DNA of 34,884 nucleotides, from the IMG/VR virus record IMGVR_UViG_3300045988_174060, positions 1 through 34,884 of that record, one strand, 5' to 3'. Both the position numbers and the translations under genes were made by a program. The DNA comes from a virus. This document shows, piece by piece, positions 23,429 to 31,973 of this stretch. The notes below the pieces were generated by a model. The model searched no databases, was not told the origin of the DNA, and was given only the letters and a program-made list of their open reading frames with translations. The stretch's first letter is position 1; every line of letters begins with the position of its first letter.

Positions 23429-24772
23429 ATGGAATACTTCGCCATACCCCAAACCCAATTTGCCGCCGTCATGGCCGAGGTGGAGGACACCACCACCGTG
23501 TTCGACACCCCGGGCGGCACCATCGTCACACGCCCCGTGCCGGGCTACCCGCAGGAGGCCTACGTGCCCTACGGATCAGACAACCAGCTGCCCTACGACC
23601 TTGTGCGCCTTGTGGCATCAGACGAGGTGACGGCACAGAACAAACTCTTTAACGTGCTCACATGCTACGGCGCAGGCCTCAGGCTCACCGACTCTACCAC
23701 ACACGAGCCCACCACCGACCCCGAGGTGCGCGCATGGCTCAAACGGCAGAACATGCCGGCCTACATGCTGGACCAAATGACGGACATGAAGTACTTTTAC
23801 TTCTCCGTGGCCGTCATCATACTCTCACGCGACGGCCGCCGCATCAACCGCCTTGTGCACAAGGAGGCGTGCCACTGCCGCCTTGAAAAGGCCGACCGCC
23901 GCGGACGCATCAACCACCTGTACTACGCCAACTGGCAGGACTGGCAGGAGGGCATCAACGGTGTGGAACGCATAGAGCTGCTCTCGCTCGCCGACCCCTA
24001 CGGCGACCTGTGCCGCCGCATGGCCATTGACCCCGACACGCACCAGCCCACAGGGCGCACACCCACACGCACACGAAAGTTCGCCGTAGTGATGCGGTTC
24101 CCCACAGCGGGCGCGCAGTACTACCCCGTGCCCTACTGGAGCGCCGTGCTGCGCGGCGGCTCCTACGACGAGAAACGCCTCATAAGCACCGGCAAGCGCG
24201 CCAAACTGCGCAACACCACGAGCGTGAAGTATCAAATTGAAATCGAGCGCTCCTACTGGCAACGCATCTGCATGGAGGAGAACATCACCGACCCCGAGGA
24301 GATGCAGAAACGCGTGGTGAGGGAGAAACAGAACATTAAGGACTTCCTGTGCGGTGTGGAGAACTCGGGCAAGGCGTGGATTAGCGGTTACTATGTGAAC
24401 CCCGACGGACACGAGGTGCGCGACATTCGCATCGTCAACATTGAGGGGGCAAAGGAGGGCGGCGACTGGAACGAGGACGTGCAGGCCGCGGCCAACACCA
24501 TTTGCTATGCCGACAATGTGCACCCCAACCTGGTGGGGGCTGTGCCGGGAAAAACGCAGACTAACAACTCGGGCTCCGACAAGCGCGAACTCTTTACCAT
24601 GAAGCAGGCGCTCGAAATTGCCTTCCACGACATGTTGCTCACGCCCATCAACATGGTGCTGTGGTACAACCAGTGGGCGCACATCGAGCCCACCATTCCG
24701 ATGATACAACTCACCACGCTCGACGAACACGCCGACGCTAAAAAAGTTAATGCTAATGGAGATAATAATTGA
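23429..24772 (+). CDS. Portal-like protein (tentative)
   Basis: 447 aa. The size fits a portal, and no other portal candidate is in the window. I did not verify a diagnostic motif. Confidence 0.4.
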   Translation: MEYFAIPQTQFAAVMAEVEDTTTVFDTPGGTIVTRPVPGYPQEAYVPYGSDNQLPYDLVRLVASDEVTAQNKLFNVLTCYGAGLRLTDSTTHEPTTDPEVRAWLKRQNMPAYMLDQMTDMKYFYFSVAVIILSRDGRRINRLVHKEACHCRLEKADRRGRINHLYYANWQDWQEGINGVERIELLSLADPYGDLCRRMAIDPDTHQPTGRTPTRTRKFAVVMRFPTAGAQYYPVPYWSAVLRGGSYDEKRLISTGKRAKLRNTTSVKYQIEIERSYWQRICMEENITDPEEMQKRVVREKQNIKDFLCGVENSGKAWISGYYVNPDGHEVRDIRIVNIEGAKEGGDWNEDVQAAANTICYADNVHPNLVGAVPGKTQTNNSGSDKRELFTMKQALEIAFHDMLLTPINMVLWYNQWAHIEPTIPMIQLTTLDEHADAKKVNANGDNN

Positions 24773-25583
24773 ACGTGCCGACTTTGAGCGCGCCGTGCCG
24801 GCCTTCCGCTCGCCCACGCCCGAGGTGTGGAACAAGGTGCAGCGATATGTGCAGGGCTGCACCGACTCGTGGCAAGCCATCATCACCACCGGGGCCACAC
24901 TGCCCGACCATGTGGCCGAAGGCCTTACCACGGCCATCTGCCTGCGCGCGGCCTATGATGCCGTGCCGCAAATGGACCTCGTGCTCACGCCCACGGGCTT
25001 CGGCATTGTGAGCAACCAGAACACCGCACCCGCCAGCCGCGAGAGGGTGGACGCCCTGCGCCTGCAGCTGCGCCGCGAGGCATGCCACCTCGAGGACGGC
25101 GTGCTCTCCCACCTGGCGGCACGTGGCCTCATGACTCTGCGCCGCTCGCGGGCCGACTCCCTGCTCTGGACGCCCACGCTGTGCACCCTGCACGGCATAC
25201 GCACCCCCGACGGCCGCGAGGTGCTGCGCGAGGAGTTCGAGGCCATGGCCACCGCGCTGCACGCGGCTTCGGCACGGGTGGTGGACGCCATTTCGCCCGA
25301 ACTCTATGCCGCACTTGTCAGCCGCCAGTATGAGGCCGATGCCGACCTCACGCCCGACACCACGCCAGCGGCCTACGCCGAGGCACTGACCATGGCACGC
25401 AGGCTCATGGCGGCGCACGTGATGCAAGGGCCGGGCATTGCCACCCACACACGCCACATCATCAACTTTATTGAGGCGCACGCCGACCAGCTGGACGAGT
25501 ACAGGCTGAGCCCCACTTACCAAGCACGACACGCAAAGCTTTATGAAAACAAACAAGCAGACCCCTCCTTCTTTTTCGGCTAA
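24750..25583 (+). CDS. Structural-module hypothetical protein
   Basis: 277-aa ORF. The start is ATG 24750 or ATG 24756, and either overlaps the upstream gene. Confidence 0.6.
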   Translation: MLMEIIIERADFERAVPAFRSPTPEVWNKVQRYVQGCTDSWQAIITTGATLPDHVAEGLTTAICLRAAYDAVPQMDLVLTPTGFGIVSNQNTAPASRERVDALRLQLRREACHLEDGVLSHLAARGLMTLRRSRADSLLWTPTLCTLHGIRTPDGREVLREEFEAMATALHAASARVVDAISPELYAALVSRQYEADADLTPDTTPAAYAEALTMARRLMAAHVMQGPGIATHTRHIINFIEAHADQLDEYRLSPTYQARHAKLYENKQADPSFFFG

Positions 25584-26268
25584 AAGGGTGCGCTCATCTA
25601 TCAGGGCGCACATTCCGCAGTCGTGGCTGGCCCTTACCAACGAGCAACGCCACTACCTGTGCGCGCTGATGGCCCGCGGCGAATGGACGTCCGACGAGAT
25701 GCAGGCCTTGTTCCTTGCACGCATCATCGGCCAGAGCCACAGCGTGCTGATCCGCCTCAAGGACGACATTGCAGCACTCATGCCCCTGGTGGACTTTATA
25801 GCCCAGCCGCCCGCCGAACCCTCGCGCATGAGCCACATAGCGGGCCATGCCGCTGTGGACGCCATGCTCGACGGGGTGCCGTTCCGCACCTACCTGGAGG
25901 TGGAGAACTACTACCAAGGCTACCTCAAAGTGCAAAGCCCCGAGGCCTTGAACGCCATAGGCATGTCGCTCTACCCCGGCACGGCGGAGGCCGACTTTGA
26001 CAACGCGCACCGCGTGATGCTCCTGCTGTGGCTCGTGGGGCTCAAGGCGCAGTATGCGGCCCTATTCCCCCACCTGTTCGGGCAACCCGGCTCGGCCGAC
26101 CCTGACAGCGCACCGCCCGACCCGCGCGCCATGATGGTGACTTGCCTGCGCGCACTGACGGGGGGCGACATTACCAAACAGCCGGCAGTGCTCAGCACGC
26201 CCACGCTCGACGCGCTGACCGAACTTGATGCCAAGGCAGAAGAAATGAAAGCTTTGAAGCTTTCATAA
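25543..26268 (+). CDS. Structural-module hypothetical protein
   Basis: 241 aa from ATG 25543, which gives a 41-nt overlap. The alternative GTG at 25588 lies 4 nt after the upstream stop. Confidence 0.55.
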   Translation: MKTNKQTPPSFSAKRVRSSIRAHIPQSWLALTNEQRHYLCALMARGEWTSDEMQALFLARIIGQSHSVLIRLKDDIAALMPLVDFIAQPPAEPSRMSHIAGHAAVDAMLDGVPFRTYLEVENYYQGYLKVQSPEALNAIGMSLYPGTAEADFDNAHRVMLLLWLVGLKAQYAALFPHLFGQPGSADPDSAPPDPRAMMVTCLRALTGGDITKQPAVLSTPTLDALTELDAKAEEMKALKLS

Positions 26269-26270
26269 TA

Positions 26271-26436
26271 GTTGAAAAGTTGGAAAGTTTAAGAGTTAAG
26301 AGGTCACCTCTGCGAGTTCAACCGCTAAAACATTTCTCTTAACTTCTAAACTTTTCAACTCATCAACTTAAAATCCCCCTCCAAGCTTGACATTCCTCTT
26401 AACTTCTCAACTTATAAACTTTTCAACTCTAAAAGT
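26271..26436 (+). repeat. Composite intergenic element, copy o (GAGTTC) with a second module
   Basis: Core ACCTCTGCGAGTTCAAC at 26306-26322. Module-2 box at 26364-26403. Confidence 0.9.
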
Positions 26437-26955
26437 ATGTACGACTTCACCAACTACATGAGCCAGCTCACCGGGCAGAACAACATGGCCCGCGCCTGGC
26501 AGTTTGAGCACACCACCTGTTCGGGCCTTGGCTACCTTGAAGGCATGCTCGAGCAATACCAGAGCACCGCCAACTTTGTTTGCACCTCCGACGTGTGCCA
26601 GGAAAGCCTCTACGCACAAAGCGGCGGGTGGTTCAAGCGGCGGGTGTACACCGTGTTCATAATAGCCCGCTACGAGTATGGCAACCAGGCCGACTACGCC
26701 ATCAAGATGGACCGCTGCCGCGAGCTCGCCCGACAGTTCACCGCACGCATGCTGCACGACTCGCTACAGCTGCAAACCGAGATGCTCTACCTCGACACCG
26801 ACAACATAAAGTGCTCCGAACTGGGCGGCATCTTCCTTAACGGCTGCACGGGCCTCTACCTGATGGTGGGCATGGACGAACCCACCGACCTCACCTATAA
26901 CCCCGACCTCTGGGCCGACAACACCACCAGCCATGAGCCACAACAGCAGCCGTGA
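26437..26955 (+). CDS. Structural-module hypothetical protein
   Basis: 172-aa ORF. Confidence 0.6.
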   Translation: MYDFTNYMSQLTGQNNMARAWQFEHTTCSGLGYLEGMLEQYQSTANFVCTSDVCQESLYAQSGGWFKRRVYTVFIIARYEYGNQADYAIKMDRCRELARQFTARMLHDSLQLQTEMLYLDTDNIKCSELGGIFLNGCTGLYLMVGMDEPTDLTYNPDLWADNTTSHEPQQQP

Positions 26956-27367
26956 CGACCGCGTGCAATACCTGCGCGCATGGCGCGCCAAGATGGTGCA
27001 GATATGGCAGGACCGGCTCGACCTCATGGGCATTCACCACACGGGCGCGCTGCGCCGCTCTGTCAAGGCGGGGGCGGCAGCAATAGCGGGGCGCGAGGCG
27101 GTGATGGCCTTCAACTATCTGGAGTATGGCATTTATGTGGACCTCGGTGTGGGCAACGGTTACCGCCCGGGCAATGGGGGCGACCTCCACTTCCTTGGCA
27201 AGGCCTACCGCAAGTTGCACAACCTTGGCGAACCGCGAAAGCGCCGCCCGTGGTTCAACAAGTCGTGGTACATCAGCGTCGAGGTGCTGAAAGACCACAT
27301 GGCGCGCATCATGGGCGACGAGTTCAGCGGTGCCTTTGACACGCTGACGGAGCGAGAGAGGGGGTGA
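26933..27367 (+). CDS. Hypothetical protein, possibly a HK97-gp10-like tail-completion protein
   Basis: 144 aa. FNYLEYGIYVDLGVGNGY and PWFNKSWY are reminiscent of gp10-family neck or tail-completion proteins. This is weak and based on memory only. Confidence 0.5.
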   Translation: MSHNSSRDDRVQYLRAWRAKMVQIWQDRLDLMGIHHTGALRRSVKAGAAAIAGREAVMAFNYLEYGIYVDLGVGNGYRPGNGGDLHFLGKAYRKLHNLGEPRKRRPWFNKSWYISVEVLKDHMARIMGDEFSGAFDTLTERERG

Positions 27368-27391
27368 CCATTGGGCACTTTAAGCCCTCAG

Positions 27392-27426
27392 TTTGTTGCG
27401 CGGTAGTGATTAAAGCCATATCTTTG
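27392..27426 (+). promoter_or_regulatory. Bacteroidota-type promoter for the moron upstream of the tape measure gene
   Basis: TTTG at 27392-27395, then 23 nt, then TATCTTTG at 27419-27426. Confidence 0.5.
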
Positions 27427-27465
27427 CGGAAAGAATATAAACACATTATATACACACTACGCAGC

Positions 27466-27726
27466 ATGCTCACACTCTTTGTCATAATATTATCAGCTAT
27501 AGTCTTGTTTTTTCTCTGCGCCATCATCACAGGCATAGTCAAAGCCATCAGCCTGACTCCCGAGGAGCAAAAAGAACTCTTGGAGAACTACCGAATGGAG
27601 AAAAAACAAAGGAAGGAGAGCAAACGACTATACAGGAGCATTGAAAGCCGAGCCTATGAGAAATACCCCGGGCTTTTTGGATTTAACTATGACAAAAGAA
27701 AGAAATACATAGACAAGCACCTCTAA
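27466..27726 (+). CDS. Small membrane protein (AT-rich moron)
   Basis: 86 aa from the internal ATG. TM segment LTLFVIILSAIVLFFLCAIITGIV followed by a Lys/Glu-rich tail. Confidence 0.55.
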   Translation: MLTLFVIILSAIVLFFLCAIITGIVKAISLTPEEQKELLENYRMEKKQRKESKRLYRSIESRAYEKYPGLFGFNYDKRKKYIDKHL

Positions 27727-27759
27727 CCGTGCCGCGTGTCTTTTAACACCCCATCAAGC

Positions 27760-27806
27760 CGTGTTACTTTTGGAACATCACACACCAAAAGTAACACGCT
27801 TTTTTT
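27760..27806 (+). terminator. Intrinsic terminator ending 1 nt before the tape measure ATG
   Basis: CGTGTTACTTTTGG-AACATCACACA-CCAAAAGTAACACG followed by CTTTTTTT. Confidence 0.8.
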
Positions 27807-30800
27807 ATGAATAACAACGACATCAAGACCGTAACCCTCACCATCAACTCGGAGCAGGCACAACGCAAGCTCGACGACATCAACCGCCGGCTGGAGCAGG
27901 CACGCCTCAAGCGGCAGGAGGCCTTTGAGCGCGGCGACGGCAAGGCTTTGCAAGCCTACGCAAAGGAGATTAAAAGCCTCGAGACGCAAGCCACAAGGCT
28001 CTCATCACGTGCACAGACCGTGGAGAAGGTGCTGCGCTCCCTCGACTCGGCCACACCCAAGGAACTGAAAGCCACCATAAAGGAAATAAACAGGGAGCTG
28101 AACAGCGGCAACGTGGAGCGAGGCTCTGAACAGTGGCAGGCGCTCACACGCTCGCTGCAAGAGGCTAACAAGGAACTACAAAAGATAAAGGACGAGCAAA
28201 AGGCGGCAAACGACAGCTCTTTCATTACCAAAATTGGCCAAACGTGGTCGGGCGTGGCCGTAGTGTTCGACAGCATCGCCAGCAAATTCAGCGCCCTCAA
28301 GCAGGCCATGGCCGAATACGTGAACGAATATGCCGACATGGCAGAGCACATGAGCGGGGTGAAAAAGTATACGGGGCTGGCCAAGGAGGAGGTGGACGCA
28401 CTCAACGAGAGCTTCAAGCAGATGGACACACGCACATCGCGAGAGAAACTCAACGACCTGGCAGCCGATGCGGGCCGGCTGGGCATTCAGAGCCGCGACG
28501 CTGTGCTCGACTTTGTGGAGGCTGCCGACCAAATAAACACCGCACTTGGCGAGGACCTTGGCGAGGACGCTGTAAAGAACATTGGCAAACTGGCGCAAAT
28601 GTTTGGCACCGACAAGAGCATGGGGCTCAAGCAGGCCATGCTCTCGACGGCCTCAGTCATTAACGAACTGGCACAAAGCTCGTCGGCAAGCGAGGGCTAT
28701 ATAATGGAGTTCACCAACCGACTGGCGGGGGTTGGCAATCAGGCGGGCATGACGCAGGCGCAACTCATGGGCCTGGCATCTGTCATGGACCAGAACCAAG
28801 TGAACGTGGAGAAGGGGGCCACAGCCTTGCAAAACGTGCTCACGGCCCTGTTTGCTGAACCCGAAAAAATGGCCAAGGCCGCGGGGCTGGAGGTGAAACA
28901 GTTTACCGAACTGCTCTCTACCGATGCCAATGCCGCCCTGCTACAGTTCCTCGGCGCGCTGAACCAAGCCGGGGGCATGGACAAACTCGCGCCACTGCTT
29001 GACGAAATGAACCTCAGCGGCGCAGGCGTCACGCAAACGCTCTCCACACTGGCCGGCAAACTCTCTGACGTGAAAAGCGCGCAAGAGCAAGCCGCCGTGG
29101 CCTTTAACCAAGGCACCTCATGCACCAACGAGGCTAACCAGGCCAACCACACAGCACAGGCGGAACTCGAAAAGGCGCAAAAACGCATGAAGGACTTGCG
29201 CGTGGAACTTGGCGAACGCCTCTACCCCATCTACACCGCCACCATCAACGGCGTGCTCAACTTTGTGGCGGCGGTACGCACTGCCATTACATTCGTGGCA
29301 TCACACGCCAAGGCCATCACCACCGCGGTAGTGGCCATAAGGGTGTTCACCACCGCGCTCGCGCTGCAAGTGTACTGGACCAAAATATGCGCCACCGCCA
29401 CCGCGGCACTCTCCGCCGCAAAGGAGGCCTATACCACCGTGACCACTGCCGCCACCGCAGCCATGACGGCATTTAACGTGGCGGTGAAGAGTAACGGCTT
29501 CAGCGCCATCATTTCGCTCATTCTCTCAGCCGTGGCAGCACTCGGCACGTGGCTCCTCTTGACCGACTCCGACACCGAGGCCACCAAAGCTAACACCAAG
29601 GCTAAAAAGGATAACGCACAGGCCAGCGATGAGCAACGACGAAAACAAGAATTGCTCAAAAGCATACAGAAGGACTCGGCCGACAACGCCAAGGCCGAAC
29701 GCGCACAAATCGAGAGGCTCACCAACGTCATTCACGACAACTCGGCAAGCATCGACTCCCGACGTAAAGCCATTGCCAAACTGCAAAGCATCGTGCCGGG
29801 CTACCATGCCTCACTCTCGTCAAGCGGCACACTCGTCGAAAAGAACACCGAGGCCATAGGCAAGTATATCGAACAACTTGACAGGCTGGCTCTGGCTCAA
29901 GCACTCTTCAAAAAAATACAGGAGAACGCCGAGAAGCAATTCAACATTGACCGAGCCATCACATCATGGCAAAACGCTGTGGCCTACCGCGACAAACAAA
30001 TGCAGAAGAACGGACACTTGAGCCAGCCTTCAGTGCATGTGAATACTGCCACCGACGACCCAACCATGCGCACAACCGTAATCGAAACCAACGAAACACG
30101 CATCAACGACCAAAACATACAACGACACAACAAGGCGCGCCTAAACTGGTGGCGGCTACAGGACAAACTCAACAAAAAGGAAAATCAATTCATATTCGAC
30201 TACGCCAAAAGCCACAGAGTACAAGGCGAACTGGCCAAAATAATAACCAACGGAGGAACCACACCCACCACACCAGCCATCACGCCCGTAACCACTACCA
30301 ACAACGGCGGAGGAGGTAACAGCAGCGGGGGAAACAGCAGCGGAAATGCCACACACACCCCCAAAAACACCACCGACCCCGTAAAGGCACAACTCAAAGC
30401 ACTGGAGGACGCTGCCAGCCAACAACGGCTCATAGCACGCACCAACTACGAGAACGGCATTATCGACCACCGAGAATACTCGGCACAACTGCTCGACATT
30501 GACCAAAAACTATACACCGACCAACGAAACCTATACACCGAGAACTCGCCCGAATGGGTGAAACTCGAACAAAAACGCTACGACGCCACAGCGGCCGTGC
30601 GAAAAAACAACCACGCATGGAGCATACACGAACTCGACATCGAGGAACAAGACGAACTCAACACCGAAAAACAAAACTATCTGGACGGCATCACCAACGA
30701 GGAACAATATCAAAGCAACAAAACAGAGATAAGGCTCAGATACCTCAAACGACGCGCCAACCTGAGCAAACTCTACGGACAAGACGAGGAGGCCAAAAAG

Positions 30801-31973
30801 TATCAGCAGCAATATGACACCGAAACGGATAACGACAAACTGCAACGGCAAAAGGACTTCTGGCAACGCGTTGACCAGGCACGCAAAGAGTGGTTCAAGA
30901 AATCGGCCGACGAACAAAAGGCTGAAGAACTCAATTTTGCAGAGGAACTACACAAAAAAGGCATTCTGACCGAAGATGAATATCAAAAGGCTAAAAAAGA
31001 AATAGAGGAAAAATACAAAGATAAAGAAACCAATCTCGGACAGCCCACCGACGGAATGAGCCAAGGCGTCATCAACCTGGCACAAAACCTCTCCAACCTG
31101 TCTCAAAAACTCAAAGAAGGCAAAGCGCAATGGCAAGACTATGCCGCAGTGGGCATTGCGGCCATGAGCATGATTATGGCCACCATGAGCCAAGCCACGC
31201 AAATCTTCCAGGCACAAAGCCAGCTCGAACAAGCCGAAGTAACAAAAAAATACGACGCGCAAATCAAAGCCGCTGGCAAAAACACCAAACGCACCAAAAA
31301 ACTTGAGGAACAAAAGCAGGCCGAACTCGCCAAAATCAAAAGCAAGTACAACCGCAAACAAATGAAGGTGCAACTGGCACAAGCCGTGGCACAAACTGCC
31401 ATGAACGCCATCATGGCATACGGTTCCGTGGTCAACATTCCCGTCGTGGGCCCCATCATGGCGCCCATAGCCGCTGCAGCAGCCATCGCAGCCGGTGCCA
31501 TACAGATTGCCGCCATCAAAAAACAACACCAGGCCGAAGCCGAGGGCTACTACCTCGGTGGCTTTACAGGCGGCAGACAGTACCGCCGACAGGCTGGCAT
31601 CGTGCACGAGGGCGAGTTCGTGGCCAACCACCAAGCCGTCAACAACCCCCACCTCATGCCCGTACTCCAACTCATCGACCACGCACAACGCACCAACACC
31701 GTGGCACGACTCACAGCCGACGACGTGAGCCGCGTCATCACTGCACCACAAACCACCGCCAGCCTCGCAGGGCAAGCCATCGCCTCTGCCGCCACCGCCG
31801 CCAACAACACACCCTCCCTGCAAGTGGTGGACACTGCCACACCTGCACAGACCGAAGCCATTAACCAGCTAAACCAACAACTCGCCAAGGGCATCAAGGC
31901 ATACGTCGTAATGAGCGGACCCGACGGACTCGACCAACAATATACCCACTACAAAAAACTCACCAACCCATGA
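27807..31973 (+). CDS. Tail tape measure protein
   Basis: 1388 aa. Long coiled-coil regions and hydrophobic Ala-rich blocks (roughly 29230-29570 and 31140-31520). Low-complexity linker TTPTTPAITPVTTTNNGGGGNSSGGNSSG. Sits in the tail-module position. Confidence 0.85.
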   Translation: MNNNDIKTVTLTINSEQAQRKLDDINRRLEQARLKRQEAFERGDGKALQAYAKEIKSLETQATRLSSRAQTVEKVLRSLDSATPKELKATIKEINRELNSGNVERGSEQWQALTRSLQEANKELQKIKDEQKAANDSSFITKIGQTWSGVAVVFDSIASKFSALKQAMAEYVNEYADMAEHMSGVKKYTGLAKEEVDALNESFKQMDTRTSREKLNDLAADAGRLGIQSRDAVLDFVEAADQINTALGEDLGEDAVKNIGKLAQMFGTDKSMGLKQAMLSTASVINELAQSSSASEGYIMEFTNRLAGVGNQAGMTQAQLMGLASVMDQNQVNVEKGATALQNVLTALFAEPEKMAKAAGLEVKQFTELLSTDANAALLQFLGALNQAGGMDKLAPLLDEMNLSGAGVTQTLSTLAGKLSDVKSAQEQAAVAFNQGTSCTNEANQANHTAQAELEKAQKRMKDLRVELGERLYPIYTATINGVLNFVAAVRTAITFVASHAKAITTAVVAIRVFTTALALQVYWTKICATATAALSAAKEAYTTVTTAATAAMTAFNVAVKSNGFSAIISLILSAVAALGTWLLLTDSDTEATKANTKAKKDNAQASDEQRRKQELLKSIQKDSADNAKAERAQIERLTNVIHDNSASIDSRRKAIAKLQSIVPGYHASLSSSGTLVEKNTEAIGKYIEQLDRLALAQALFKKIQENAEKQFNIDRAITSWQNAVAYRDKQMQKNGHLSQPSVHVNTATDDPTMRTTVIETNETRINDQNIQRHNKARLNWWRLQDKLNKKENQFIFDYAKSHRVQGELAKIITNGGTTPTTPAITPVTTTNNGGGGNSSGGNSSGNATHTPKNTTDPVKAQLKALEDAASQQRLIARTNYENGIIDHREYSAQLLDIDQKLYTDQRNLYTENSPEWVKLEQKRYDATAAVRKNNHAWSIHELDIEEQDELNTEKQNYLDGITNEEQYQSNKTEIRLRYLKRRANLSKLYGQDEEAKKYQQQYDTETDNDKLQRQKDFWQRVDQARKEWFKKSADEQKAEELNFAEELHKKGILTEDEYQKAKKEIEEKYKDKETNLGQPTDGMSQGVINLAQNLSNLSQKLKEGKAQWQDYAAVGIAAMSMIMATMSQATQIFQAQSQLEQAEVTKKYDAQIKAAGKNTKRTKKLEEQKQAELAKIKSKYNRKQMKVQLAQAVAQTAMNAIMAYGSVVNIPVVGPIMAPIAAAAAIAAGAIQIAAIKKQHQAEAEGYYLGGFTGGRQYRRQAGIVHEGEFVANHQAVNNPHLMPVLQLIDHAQRTNTVARLTADDVSRVITAPQTTASLAGQAIASAATAANNTPSLQVVDTATPAQTEAINQLNQQLAKGIKAYVVMSGPDGLDQQYTHYKKLTNP

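Noticed and set aside
26386-26420. A sigma70-like TTGACA in module 2 (for example CTTGACATTCC at about 26385) acting as a -35 box.
   Set aside because: TTGACA is present in only one copy; the others read CTGACA or CAGACA. The spacing to the nearest TATAAA-like hexamer is about 20 nt, and Bacteroidota promoters use TTTG/TAnnTTTG. Only the conserved box itself is reported.
4641-26436. Interpreting the dispersed repeats or the 92-bp tandem as a CRISPR array.
   Set aside because: The so-called spacers are whole genes of 0.2-3 kb. The repeats are modular and imperfect, no cas genes are present, and the tandem units at 17898-18125 abut each other with no unique spacers.
26900-26960. A programmed frameshift between 26437-26955 and 26933-27367, by analogy with the gpG/gpGT tail chaperones upstream of tape measure genes.
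   Set aside because: The second ORF is in the +1 frame, not the -1 frame. No XXXYYYZ slippery heptamer is visible in the 23-nt overlap. The second ORF has its own ATG, and a moron separates it from the tape measure gene.
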